This document shows, one piece after another, positions 34,632 to 49,413 of a stretch of 64,000 bases of DNA. Below the pieces are notes generated by a model. It made no database searches. It saw only the letters and a list, made by a program, of their open reading frames with translations, and had not been told where the DNA came from. Location: the NCBI RefSeq assembly GCF_006345805.1, contig NC_043021.1:992001-1056000 (forward strand), in the 5' to 3' direction. Made by a program: the position numbers and the translations under genes. Each line of letters opens with the position of its first letter. The first letter of the stretch is position 1. The DNA comes from Octopus sinensis (taxonomy: Eukaryota).

Positions 34632-37600
34632 GTAAGGCCATTGTCATTTTTTTCATGTGATTAATCCTTTATTATTATACTTATTTCTTTATTGCCCACA
34701 AGGGGCTAAACATAGAGGGGACAAACAAGGACAGACAAAGGAATTAAGTCGATTACATCAACCCCAGTGCGTAACTGGTACTTAATTTATTGACGATGAA
34801 AGGCAAAGTCAACCTCGGCGGAATTTGAACTCAGAACGTAACGGCAGACGAAATACCGTTCAGCGTTTCACCCAATGTGCAAACGTTTCTGCCAGCTCGC
34901 TGCCTTAATTATAACACTGACAACTACTTATTCTTTAGCTGTTATTAATTAAAAAGAGCTTTCTCAATATTTAATCCTTTCTATATCTCTTAATTTCTTG
35001 AGTGTTCATTTGTTTACTGATGTTTGGCCATACTGGGGCACCATCTTCAAGGGCTTTAATTGATCACCAATCAACACACTCTCTCCCAGGTTATCTCTAT
35101 TCCTACCCAACCCCTTCTCTTGTCTTTCAAAACAAATCTGTTCCCCTTTGTGTTCTTAGGGTTTATTGCTCCTCTGCATCTGTTACATGCAATGTCTACT
35201 TCTCTGTTAATCTTCCTCTGACTTCACTCTTGTTTGTTCACAGTTTCTGTTGGGTACACCATATGGAATTTCTGCTTATACCTTTCCTACATATCAGGCT
35301 GGGGGTCATTTACCTGAAGTGGGTAGGGTCCTGTCTGTTTTCCTGCTTATTAGACTTTGATCTTTGCCTTAGTTAACTTTGAGGTGTTTTGATTCCAGGT
35401 TTTCTTTCTACACCTGGAATTTCTTTCCTGATTTAATTACAGATTCAGCTAAAGAAAAAAAAAGTTTAACAACCTAAAGCTGTTCCCATGGGCAAATAGT
35501 CTTAAACTCTTCTGTTATGGCCTGAAAGACTATGATGAATAAGAAGGGACTGAGGACTGAGCCCCGGTGAACTCCTAGCTGCACATTAAATTTATCACTC
35601 TATCACTATACTCGTGAATTACTGACAACCCCTATACATAGTTCATATGGTTCTCACATATATTTCTGTTTTTTTCATCTTCATCATTGTTTAACATCCA
35701 CCTTCTGTGCTGGCTTGGGTTGTACAGTTTGAGAGAAGCTGGCCAGGCAGAAACCAGCACTAGACTTCTGTGACTGTTTTTGCAGGATTTTTACAGCTGG
35801 ATGCCCTTCTTAACACCAACCACTCAGCAGAGAGGACTTGGTGCTTTTTACGTGGAACAAGCAGAAGCAAGGTCAGTTTTGGCAAGATTTTTACAGTTGG
35901 ATGCCCTTCCAAATGTCAACCATTTTACAGTGTGGATTGGATGCTTTTTAAGTGGCACCTGCACTGACAGGGTCACCCAAGTACCTTTCAAGACAAAAAA
36001 AGCTTGTGAGAGGGGAAGGGGTATTGGAGGAGGTGATCTAGTGTCAGATGATGAAAGGTTAAAGTGAGACAGAAAGACAGAAACAGGTGTCTTGCTGTAG
36101 GTGAGGTACAAAGTTACCTGGCCAGAGAGAGAGAGAGAGAGAGAGATCAGGATGTATTTTGAGAAATAGAAATAAATAGAAATAATCTCTGATTATTTTT
36201 CAGATTACTTGCTGATTGTGACAATTGTTGATGAATCACTGATTCAAGCTGATGAAAAGTTAAAATGTTTGCTATTTGCACATGAAGAAGAAAATTTACC
36301 CCAAGTCAAAATTGGTAGCATCATTAGATTCCACAGATTACAAGTAAATATCCAAATCTTGTTTTTCTTTTCTTTTTTTCCCATAAATACTTTTCTTTCA
36401 TTTTTTCATTTTTATGAGAACCTACCAATTACAGAGACGATTGCTAAAAATCTAGACAGTAGTGATGGATTGCTGGAGCAAACCCCTCAAGAAGCAAGAA
36501 ATGATAAAGGCTGTAGCCATCTTTCTATCTATTTATGTTCAGAAAAGATGGAATGTCTTTGACCATTGGTCTGCTTGGTCAAGACTGACCTAGGGCCAAA
36601 CAATGACTGTTATTATTAGACAGATCTCTATAGTTCCCTGTTTGGGCTGCTTGATTTTAAAGAGATCACACAAGGAAGGCTTCACTGCTTTGATAACCTA
36701 CAGTACATTGGAATTGAGCAAAGAAGAGAATCCGATTCCTGATGGATGGCATTTACTCTCAGAGCTGTGAACTGGTTAATAGTCATTGAAAGTGTCTTGA
36801 AGCTTTTGCTACATTTATCACTAGATACACATGTTTTGTCTCTGCTCATCTGATAAAAATGAGCTGTACACAGAATTGAAAAGGCTGGCTTTATTACATT
36901 CTGTATCACACCACATCTCTGCAAGAACCATGTTACGGCTACATGTGTCTGTGGAGGGCTCTGCCACATGCACAGTAATGCCACCAGCAAGCTGTTCCAT
37001 TGATCGAATAAACTGGAATACTCATTGTTGTAACTGATGAAATGCCAAAGAAGAAAGATCATACACACACACACACACACACACATACTGAAAATGTCAT
37101 GTCCTTTACAACTCTGAAACTATAAATGTGACCAGTTCTTTAACAAATTGTCTAAATTGTGGTTTATGTTTCTAGGTTAATCTCCATAACGGGGAATTGC
37201 AAGGAACGAGTGGAAAAGGCTTCTCCTGGTTGGTTATTGATAGTCGACGTGATGGCTGCCTGATTCCTAAAGCTTCCAGTCTCAATTATACATTCACAAA
37301 TGTTGACAGAAAGATGGTGAGAACATTACCGTGCTACAGATTATTCTCATGAGTTTTGCTATTAAGACGTATTATTTTAGAGATGTTTGAACCTAAGTTG
37401 TCGTATCACTAATTTACCATGCATATCTATCCATATTGGTATGATTGATTTGGGATAAATTTGATTGAATATTCTCTTCATCATCATACGTCTTCTGTTT
37501 TCTTTGCTGGCATGGGTTGGATGGTTTGACCAGAGCTGGCAAGGCCGGAGAGCCATACCAGTCATCTGTTTCAGCATGGTTTCCTAATGCCAACCATTTT

Positions 37601-40600
37601 GCAGAGTGTACATGGTGCTTTTTATGTGGCACCAGCACGGTCAGGGTTACCCTGTAACTTGCAAATGCAAAAACCCCATCAACTTGGAGGAGGGAGTAGT
37701 AGTGACAGCAGTGGTGGCTTTGTGCCAGTTGATGAAAGATTAGGAGGTATCGAAGGACAGGGGTAGATGTCTTGTAGAGTTGAAAAAGAATGGAGGATGA
37801 CTTAAGTTTTCTTTCAAGTCCAAGTTTTTCTGAAACTTAGGTTTGCTGCCATTTCTTCCCAATACCTTTTCCTTAAGCATCATTATTATTATGGATTCTA
37901 TTTTCTCATCATACGAAATCCGGTGTTGCAAGGATTTTACTAATCTTTCTCATACACTGACTTCTTCAGCTTTCCTCTTCTTCTCTCCTAACATAATAAC
38001 ATCATTTAGAAAGGGAATTCTTTGACCGCTTCTTGGAGTGATGCAGTTCTGTAAACCCCTTTTCCTGTTACATTGAAGAGGACTACAACCTCCAACACCA
38101 ATTTGGAGATTGTAGTCACAGAACTTTGTGAGAAAGGGAACTTTAAGTGAAAAAATATCTCTACTAAAGATGTGTTAAGAAGGAGATCTTTAAGTGTAAG
38201 AAAAATTAGGGGTTTGCTTCTATTTGAGTAAAATATTGTTTGTTTTTGTCTTTTGTAGATTGAAAGATTGATTCGTGTTACACTGCATAGACGAGAATTT
38301 AGTTGCCAAGATTTGGTAAAAAATCTTGAACAACTCCAAGAAGGAATTTATTTTGATTTCCTCTGCCAAGTAAGTTGACTTGTTCATTTTGAGTTTTTTT
38401 TTTTTTTTTTCTGGAATTTAATACAATTTTTTAATAAAAGGTGATTTTTTTTTTCACTTGTTAAACTTGGAATTCTCTTTGACTCATTGTAACTGAAAGC
38501 TTGAAGTCATCATCATCATTTAATGTCTATTTTTCATGCTGACAGGACCTGACCGGTCCAGAGCTGTATCATGCTCCAATTGTCCAGTTTGGCATGGTTT
38601 CTACAGCTGGATGCCCTTTCTAATGCCAACCACTTGTGTGTTGTTTTATGGCATCAGCACCAATGAGGTTGCCATGCAGCTAGCAAGAGTAAGATCCCCT
38701 TTAACTGGGTGGGGCTAAAAAGAAACTTCTAGTGAGGAAAGCCCCTGTACCCCACTTAATGAGTTACAGAAGACAATTTTGAAATTTAAAATAATTAAAA
38801 ATTGACTGGAGGTATGTTTACTCTGCAGTACAACAAAAGTTGCCACAGCACCTGTTCGACCCTCTCACCGACACCCCACACTCTCTCGCTCATCACAACA
38901 CAAGAGTCTTAACCCTTTCGTTACTATATTTCTGACCAAATTACACCCCTTATGTGTTTCAATTAATTTCTAACGTAATCATAAATTTAGTCTGGTTTCA
39001 TTAAACAACTATAACTTTTTTATTTATCAATATATTAATCTGATTTTTGGAAGATAATTTAATGAAATATTCTCAACCAATTCTATGCAGGTAGATACAG
39101 GTAAATTCAACAAAATATAAAATTCTTAAAATTTTGTTCAAACATCGCTATAGAAAATGGGTTATTAGCTAATATTCAATTGGGTATACAACAAAATTTT
39201 ACGATAGAATTTGTTATTCTGGGTAACTTTCTGATACCCATAATAATATTTATGGCAAAATAGTCTTAATTTCATTTAAGGTTGTGGGAAACCACAAACT
39301 ATCCTTTCTTTCGCTTTGTTTACGTTTAGCGTAACGGTTCGTTTCCGCCGTAATTTCAAATAGGCTCATTCGAAAAAGTAAAAAGAAATAGTTTAAGGCT
39401 TTACTCTTCTGGGAAAGTCTGTGGCTTGGTCCAGTTTCTTCAGAAAAATCACCGAAAGAAACAGTTTTTAAATTTTCACTCCATTCGGGTGCCAATTCAT
39501 TTTCTTTATCGCTGTCGATCTCGGATTCACAGTTTTCACTTTCGGAAAATGAAACATCAGATTCATTATCAAATACCACATGCTTTTTTTTTTTAGTCAT
39601 AGAGTTAGATTTATGAAGGTCTTCAGTAGAAAATCCTTCGAATTCTGACTCGCTGCTTGATATAATGAAATTCGTATCCATTTTTTGTCAGAATTACAAA
39701 TTTTGAAAACACAATAGGAACAAATTTCGGAAAAAAATCTCCCAAAATTCACGGAATTAAAATTACACTTCGATTATTGTACAAAACTGTAGTTGAACTC
39801 TTTACGAAGTATAATACGTGTTTTCACGAATGTACTAAAGAGATTTGCTCTGATATTCTTATTTAAATAAGAATAGGTAAATTCGAGCGGCTTTGGGCGG
39901 TTTGGTCTCATTAACCAAAATTTTTTTCGGGCGGCTTTGGGCGGTTTGGTAACGAAAGGGTTAAAGGAACCCATCGGTTACTCACATACCCCACCAACGC
40001 TCTACCTGTTCTACCCCCCTCCACCACCAGCCATTTAGTATTGACGTCTATTATTCACTATCCCCATTTAACCACCTCTTGCCATCCATCACTCTCTACT
40101 GTTGGGGCCACAATAAAAAGCACTCAGTGCACCCTGTTAAGTGTGGGGGGAACGTTGTAGGGTCCCTCTCTAGTCTGTGTGTTGTCAAATGATGCACCCA
40201 GTACTTTCTGTAAAGTAGTTGGTGTTAGGAAGGACATCCAGCCAGCCGTAGAAAGCAAACCAAAAAACAAAATGAAACTTACAAGTGAGATATGGTCCTT
40301 TGGATCATCCGGAGGAGCAGTGATGGCTGTCCAACCTATGCCAGCATGGAAAACAGACATAACATAATGGTGGTGGTGGTGGTGGTGGTGGTGGTGGTGA
40401 TACCTGGAACAGGTGATTTTTATGGCTCAATGTGACAGTAAAGGAAGTGAGATATCATCATTGTTCAATGTTCATCTTCTATGCTGGCGTGGGTGGGTGG
40501 GACGGTTTCACAAGGGCTCGGCCAGGCAGAAGCCTGCATCAGGCTTCTGTGACTGTTTTGGCAGGATTTTTACAGCTGGGTGCCCTTCTGAACAACTATT

Positions 40601-43600
40601 TCACAGTGTGGACTGGGTGCTTTTAAGTGGCACCTGCACTTACAGTACTTGCAAGACAAAATAAAAAAAAAAAGGGGATCTTGTGTCAGATGATGAAAAG
40701 GTTATAGTGACACAAAGAGACAGAAACAGGTGTCTTGCTGTGGAGGAAGTACAAGGTTACCCCGGCTGGGGAGAGATCAGGACTGCAGACAGGAACAGAT
40801 GTGCTACTGCAAAAGAAATACATGGTTACCCAACCTGAGGAATGTGCAGGAGAAGGAGAGAGAGAGAGGGAGACAGCAGGATTGAGATGATGGCAAAGTG
40901 CTAGGCATACTCACAAGGGATGGGCATCAGAATATAAATGGGATGGTTGTGTAAAGGCAGAGAGAGATATAGATGGTGGCAAGTGCCAGGGCATACCCTT
41001 GAGGTTTGAACGTCATAATGTAAGTGGTAGAATGTTGCGAAGGCAGCATGATCGAAGGGGTGGGGGGGTATATATTGTATATGAAGGAGGAAATGTGAGG
41101 AAGAGAAGAGATGTGGTGATGTAGATTGGTTTGTTGAGCTAGGATGAGTGAAAAGTGTTCTTATGTGTGGGTGGAACACACAGGTCGGGGGTTAGCAGAT
41201 AGCAATGATACAGTGGTACAGGGTCAAGAGGACATGATTATGGTGTGGGAGGTAAGCCTGGTGCCCGAAGCGGAAATGTGAGGAAGAGAAGAGACGTAGT
41301 TTGGTTCATTGTGGTAAAGTGTGTGAGAAGTTTGCTTGTTAAGTGTGGGTGGGACGCACAGACAACCTTCTAGAACTCGGTTTCACTAATGTGGGTAGGT
41401 CTTCTCAAGAACTTCATATTGCCAGACATCCTGAGCTCAGTCCTTACCACTTCATCCCATGTCTTCCTGGGTCTCCCTCTTCTGTGGGTACCATCCACTT
41501 TCAGTGATCGGCACTTCATTATGCAGCTGTCCTTGATTTAGTAAACTGAAGATGATGAAAGTTTGTCCACAACTACAACCTGTCCTTCTTAAGCACTTTA
41601 TAAACAGTGAGGAGTCATCTCCTAAACTATTAATGTCTGTTTTCCATGCTGGAATGGGTGAGATGGTTGAATGGGTTCTGACAAACCAGTGAACTGTTTC
41701 AAACTCCACTGTTTAGGCATGGTTTTTACAGCTGGGTGCCTTTCCCAATGCCAACAGCTTTACAGAGTAGACTGGGTTGGTACTCTTTATGTGGCACCAA
41801 CACTGACAGAGGTCACCAAGTGACTTATAAGTCAACTGAGGTGGGGAGAGAGGATGTCCTGTAGAAGGAGGTGTGATGGAAGGAACTGGAACAGATATCT
41901 TGCTGTGGAGGAGGTACATGGTTACCTCGGTTCGAAAGGAGATGATGATGTCTTGGCATGCACCCTCAAGTTAAAGGTAAATATAAGGGAAGCAGAATGG
42001 GTGGGTAGTAAGCCAATGGTTATCAGAAAACTATTACATTGTAACTTCACTGAGGTGTATGGAATCCTAGAGAGACAATGAACTTTGCTGTAAGTCTTTA
42101 GAATTGTATTCAGGAAGAATTTAATTTATTCAGTTAATATTGTTTTATTAATCAATTATTGTTTTTATTGGAATATTAATTGTGGTCTTGAAACTGCTTT
42201 AGGTTGTGGCTGTGTCTGTTGTTGAAGAAGGCGTTTGCTTCTTAATTCAAGTCTGGGATGGCACCCGTCCTTCTTGGTGAGTAAAGCAACTTTTTTTTCC
42301 TCTTTTCACTGCATTCAATCTGAGATTTAGTCTTCTTCATATCGGAAGAAGGCAGGGAGCTGGCATGTCAGACAAAATGCTTTGTTGCAATTTTTCCACT
42401 TCTTTACGTTCTGAGTTCAAATCCCACCAAGGTTGACTTTTTCTTTTATTGTTTTGGAGGGGTGGGGGGCAATGAAATAGAGTACCAGTCATACATTGAG
42501 GTTGATGTAATTGACTTGCTGCCTTCTCACAAAGTGATGATCTGACATGTCCTGTTCAAGAAGAATGCTGTGATATCAGTCACTTATTCACCATGGGAAC
42601 TGGCATTAGGAGTCAGTCCTAGGGTTCAAGGAGAAAAAAGTAAAAACTCTTGTAATAATGGTGCTGTGGAAGGTTTTGTTCAAATCAGTCTGTAACTGAT
42701 GATTTTAATTCACAGTTGGAACCGTTTCTGATACATTATCAATACAAATTAAGAGAACAACTTGTGACCTACCCCCACCCCAAATAAGCATTGTTTCCTT
42801 GTCAACAATTCCTTTGATCAGGGTTCTTCAAGAGCCTATATTTTCAGAATCAAATTTCCACTAATTAGAATTGGTAATTTTTAAAACTTCAAAAGCAAGT
42901 GAAAAATGGAACACATGACTAAGAATATTTTGAAAAAAGTAGAATGGCATTCACAGTTTGTCCAGGAGAGGGATTGGCTTAGCTGTGGGTCAAGAAGCTT
43001 GTTTTGGAATTCTATGTTTAGGAGTTTAGTGGATTGTTGGCATAAGACTCTTGCTAAAAGTGGCATTTGCTTCTGGCTCACTGTGGAATGATGTCCAGGC
43101 TGTGTGCTCTTTAATAGACTGGGACATTATTATTACCTTACTCGGAAGCAGGTGAGCATTGACATGAGGAAAAGTGTCCAACCATAGAAAAGTCTGAACC
43201 ATGCAACAAAGGAAAATCCATTATTCTATTTAAATAGATTAAAGTTTAGGAAAGAAGCAATGTTTCTCTTGTGTTCATCATCATCATCATCGTTGTTTAA
43301 CATCCGCTTTCCATGCTGGCATGGGTTGGATGGTTTGACAGGAGCCGGCCAGCCAGAAGCCTGCACCAGACTTCTGTGACTGTTCATTCTTAAAATTGAT
43401 TTCATGTTCATTTGTCAAATGTTCCTTTAGAGTTTAGAGTTCAAAGGATTTTTTAACTCAGAAATCTGTCTTTTTTTTTATATTTTACAGTCCGCTCTAT
43501 ACTGTTGAAACAGTAGAAAGGAATCTGATTGTGGTAACTGACATGGAACTAAGGGAAGTAGCCAAAGATTGGCTAGTTGATGTCTGTGTCTTTGATGACC

Positions 43601-45664
43601 ATTTTGACAAAGCTGCGACCATAAAGGTTTGTTTTCTTATTAATGCTGTGTTGTTAATTAAATTGATATATTTTTTCTCAGAGTGGTTGGCGTTAGGAAG
43701 GGCATCTAGCTGTAGAAACTCTGCCAGATCAGATTGGAGCCTGGCGCAGCCATCTGGTTCGCCGGTCCTCAGTCAAATCGTCCAATCCATGCTTGCATGG
43801 AAAGCGGATGTTAAACAATGATGATGATGATTATAGGCAGAAGGCCTGAAATTTTGGGGAAAGGGCTCAATTACATCAACCCCAGTGCATAACTGGTACT
43901 TATTTCTATAGATTCCGAAAGGATGAAAGACAAAGTTGACCTCAGTGGAATTTGAACTCAGAACGTAGCAAAGACTGACAAAATGCAGTGAAGTGCCTTG
44001 TCCAGTGTGCTAATAATTCACTCATCTTGTTAATTAAATTAATTTAGAGTAATATAATTAATTAGTGAGAGCAAATAAAAGTATTAATGGAAAGTCTGTA
44101 ACGATAAACTCTTAGGTGAAGTGTTAATTACACAGATTAAAGGATGGTTTATCTTTTATTTTTTATCTTGACTGGCCATACTGGAGCACTGCTTTGAAAG
44201 GGTTTAGATTGACCCTAGTACTTTATTTTTAAATCTGGTACTCCTTCTATCAATATCTTATTCCAAGCCATTAAGTTATTCATTGTCAAGCAGTGGGGAG
44301 GTGGTGGGGGGGAATAAGCACACTCACACAGTGGGCTTCCACACAGTGGGCTTCCACACAGTGGGCTTCCACACAGTGGGCTTCCACACAGTGGGCTTCC
44401 ACACAGTTTCCATCTATCAAATTCACTTGTGAGGCATTGGTTGGTCTGGAGCTACATTAGAAGACATTTGTTCAAGGTGCTGCACAATGGGACTGACCCT
44501 GAAGCCCTGTGGTTGGGAAACAAATTTCTCGACCACACGGCCACACCTGTCCCTATCATCAATCCTGCAACACTATGTCAGATTCACTTCAATGTAGCTG
44601 CCCAATAGAAAGGTTGCACTCATTATGTCCTAAAAAGCCTCGTTAGCCTTATTCCTAATTAGGTGTTGCCTGCTTATTTTCACACTGATGAGCATCTATT
44701 TTCCAAATGAATTCCCCGTCTCCTCTTATTTTACCTGCAGACTCACATTCAATGAATCTCTCCACTTTTGGGGTCCTGCAAAGATCTTAGGAATGCTCCT
44801 CTTCCTTTGACACAGCATCATCATCAACATTATCATTGTTTTACTGTCCTCTTTTCCATGATTTTCCATGGGTCTGACAAAATTTATTCAAGCAGAATAC
44901 CTATGGGCAGAGGCCCTTCTTGTCGCTAACCCTCACCTATTTCCAAGCATTGTAATATTTCACATTGGTTAAACTTTTTTCCCCATGGATGATTGGGAAC
45001 ATAATGTCACTTACAGAATGATGATGATGATGATGATGATGCTTGTTTACGACTCATGTGATGTCAAGAGAAAGGGACACACACACACACACAATGGGTT
45101 TCTTCAGTTTCTGTCTACCAAATTCTCTGAAGACTTTGGTTGGCCCAAGGCTTAAGTAGAAGACATTTGTTGAAGGTGCTGTGCTACAGGACTGAACCTC
45201 AAGCCATTTGATTGGAAAGTAAACTTCTTAAGAACTTTGTCTAACTTATGAAAAAAGAAATGTATTGAATTTTTTTTTACCTCAATTAAACCTGAATTAG
45301 GATTTTGATAAACTGATTATTTTCTATTACAGCCAGGAATGTTTATAAAATTTTTCAACCTTCATTGCCCAAAGCATAAAACTCCGGATTTAGTTAATCC
45401 ACCAGCTTATGAAGAATTGGAGCTTGTTCTACATCGAGGGACATCTTATGGTCGGGGCATAAAGATACTCTCTGGAACAGATCCAGAAATAGATAATCTC
45501 AAAAAGAGATTAGAGGAATTAACCAAGAAAGTGGAAAGAACTCATACAAGTCTTACAGATCCTAAGGGTTCCCCTTACAAGACTGTTAAAGGGATCAAAG
45601 TTAAAACAGGTAAGAATTTATTACTGATAATTTACCTGTGGATACATATATATCATATAAATTA

Positions 45665-45728
<64 letters not shown>

Positions 45729-46941
45729 CATATATACACTAGCACTATGACCCGGCGTTGCTGGGTCATAGTGCTAGTGCATGCATATACAGCTGCGTGT
45801 GCACAAACACGCGAGTACTGTCCAAATCTCCGACCAATCACATACAGCTACCTGGCATTCAATTAGCGTATCAAGTTTCGGGCATTTTGATTGGGTTTTG
45901 GAAAGAAAATTCACAAAAAAGCCACTTCTCTTGATTTTTTAATGGCTTTGTGGGGTGACTGGGGAAATGTAAAGATGTGCACGACCACCCTTGGATGGTT
46001 TTGAATGACTATAGAAAGTGCGAGCCCTCTAACTGAAAAATTGTGAATTTGTATAAAGGACACACACGCAGGCATTTTGCCATTTATATATAGAGATACC
46101 ACACTTTTGCCTGTCTCTTGTCAAAGCTCGTTTCTTCACTGTTCTCACTGTCCTGTTTTTGTTACCATTTTAACCCTCCACAAATCCCAGATTTTATTTA
46201 ATTTGCTTTGCGGGAACGACTGCTTTAATGAAGTTGCGTCTTGTCCCAATGTTCGAAACACGGAGTAGATAAAACGGGACAACTGATGAAGGGATTGTTC
46301 ATTATGTTGCCTCTCTCGTTTCTTTCGTTGTTCGAAAAAGTTCATTTTCCATGTTCTTGTTTCTATATGTTTTTGTTTTCCATTTTGTTTACGTTTTTTT
46401 GACATCCTGTACCCATATATGCCTGTATATATACATATATATGTAGGTATGTACATATATGTATGTTTATATGCATATATATGTGATCAAATGCCATGCA
46501 GCCATTTCCAAGTAAGTTTTATCTGTATATATATGAAAGGCAGGATGTGTGTGTGTGTGTACGTATATGAATGTAATTTATGCACGTTCATAAATTAGCA
46601 CGCATGTTGCTCCAATTTTAAGAAGACAGTTGTCATGACCCTAGCTGTATTTTTGTCAACTTATTTTTCCCAGAGGCACCAGCTAATAGCAGTAAAAAGA
46701 AATTTTCAACCAAAACTTTTAGCAATTTTCAAGTCAGAAAAATCACCATTGTTTGCAAATAGGAGTTAAGTCCCCTTCTAGCGACGAGTAAGCATTTGTT
46801 AAGACTTTTGTTGGTTTTTTACCATCGAGGAAAAAAGTGCTTTGATGATATACAGGACCCACACACGCACATGAATATGTATGCGTACAAAAAACATATG
46901 CAATAGGTGTACATACGTACATGTGTGTGTGTGTGTTGCCC

Positions 46942-46977
<36 letters not shown>

Positions 46978-49375
46978 ATATATATAAACCAATTTCAATG
47001 GCTTTCGCCCTTACTTAGTTTGGTTTGAAATAAGGAACTTGATTAGCTTAATAATCCTAAGTTAATCTTGGGCAAAGCCAGGTTATACTTCTATGAGCGT
47101 CCAATAATACTTTGTTCCACATCCTTGCGTTGTTGTCTTTTTGTTTTCTTGTTTGGATTAACTTTATATATATATATATTACTAGCAGTATAACCTGGGA
47201 TTAAGTTATGATTATTAAGCTAATCAAGTTCTTTATTTCAAACCAAACTAATATCGACGTCAAATTTGGGTGAAATCCGTTGAAATTGGTTATATTATAC
47301 ATATATAAATATATTTGGGCAACAGATACGAACACACATACGTACGTACACCTATTGCATGTTGTGTGCATGCATACATGTTCATAAACAGAAATGAATG
47401 GAAAAAATGTTGTTAAATTTGTAGATTAATACTCGCACGATTTTCACTAAAAAAAAAAAGTAAGGCATCGTAATATGCTACAAAACCATTTTTGTGGTCT
47501 GTGAAACAGAGTGGGGTGTGGTGGAAGCCTCGGAAATTGTACCTATTTATATTGTGTAATTCACTGACAAATTGTTACCTACCTCTTTGTTTCTTTGTTG
47601 TTAAATAAATGGATTCTCAACAAAACACATTTTTACTCAGCATAAAATAAAAGCAAAACTCTTTCGCACCCAAAGTAGTGTGTGTGTGAGAGAGAGAGAG
47701 GGGGGAGAAAGATGAACGATTTAAAATAAATGATTGTGAGAAAGTATATATACTATGATTATAAAATATAGTGTCTTTCAAAAACAAAACATTTTATTTT
47801 TTATGAACGTTGTCACTTTCTCTCTCCCTCTCTCACTTTGTCTTTCCCATGAAACTCTCTGCCCCTCATCCACCTTTCTTTCTTTTTTTTTTTTGTTAGA
47901 CGCTGTCAAAAAAGCTATGGCTGATATTTTTTATGGCTAAAAGCTATCCGCAGGTGCCTCGGGAGAAAAATAAGTTGACAAAACCCAGATTGGGTGTTGA
48001 CGAATGTCCTAAAATTTGAGCGACATGCGTGCTAATTTGTGAATGTGCATAAACTACAATCACGTACACACGCACACACACACATCTTGTCTTATATATA
48101 TATATATATATATATATATCATCATCGTTTAATGTCCGCTTTCCATGCTGGCATGGGTTGGGCAGTTTGACTGGGAACTGGCAAGCCAGATGGCTGCACC
48201 AGGCTCTAATCTGATCTGGCAGAGCTTCTACTGCTGGATGCCCTTCCTAACCCAACCACTCTGAGAGTGCATTGGGTGCTTTTACACGAGGGCCAGTCAG
48301 GCAGTACTGGCAACAGCCATGCTCAAATGGTGCTTTTACGTGTCACCTGCACAGGAGCCAGTCCAGCGGCACTGGCAGTGATCTTGCTCAAATGTTGTTT
48401 TTCATGTAAGGCGACACTGGTAACTCGAATGCTGCTTTTTACGTGCCACCGGCATGGGGGCCAGTCGACTTTCCCCAGACACAATAATATATATATAAAT
48501 GCATAACTGAAAAAATTTGGAGTCAACAACAAAGAGTATGGTCAAACATTTATTTTCAATCACTACAATTGTTTCTACACAATGTAGTTCTCCAGGTGTG
48601 CAGGAAGTTGATTGTACAACCATTTCCCTTCATTACGAGATCTAGTTGTATTTCCTCAGACGATATGTAAATATTGTCTCCATAAGTTCAAAATATTTCT
48701 ATTTATTTATTCACACACGACAGATGTCCAAACACAAACTTGGAAGTACGTATAATACAACTAGTGGATGGCATAGGGTGAAGTCTGAAGGGGGACAAGC
48801 TTTATACTGTACCCTACTACGTTCTAAACAGCATCGTCATCATCATTTAACGTCCATTGTTTATGCTGGCATGGGTTGGATGATTTGACCAGAGCTGGGG
48901 AGCTTCACCAGACTCCAGCCTGATTTCGCATGGTTTCTATAGCTGGATGCCTTTCTTAACCCTTTCGATACCAACCTGGCTGAAACCACCTCTGGCTTTG
49001 TAGTACAAATGTCTTGCTTTCATAAGTTTTGAATTAAAATCTTCCACCAAACCTTAGTCACAATTTATGTTCCCAACACTAGCTTAATGATAACTAAGTT
49101 ATTTTACTAAATTCTTTGTTATATTTAAAGAAATTGAAAGAAACACAGAACATCTCAAAATAAATACAGTAACGAAAGGGTTAATGCCAACCACTTTACA
49201 GAGTGTACTGGGTGCTTTTACATGGTGCTGCATGGGCACTTTTCTGTGGCCCCACCACAAGTGCTTTACACCACCAGAAGGCTTGGTCTTAGCACTTCTG
49301 TTACAGAGTACGAGTCTTCTATATATAGACGTGTGTGTGTGTATGTATGTATGTATGTATATGTGTGTGTGTGTG

Positions 49376-49413
<38 letters not shown>

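Noticed and set aside
34681-34905. Possible tRNA gene (B-box-like GTTCAAATTCC)
   Set aside because: No cloverleaf; it continues into a dispersed repeat body, so it is a SINE head.
45610-45866. Continuation of the 175-aa ORF past the POT1 exon
   Set aside because: Read-through into the intron and (TA)n beyond a clear GTAAGA donor.
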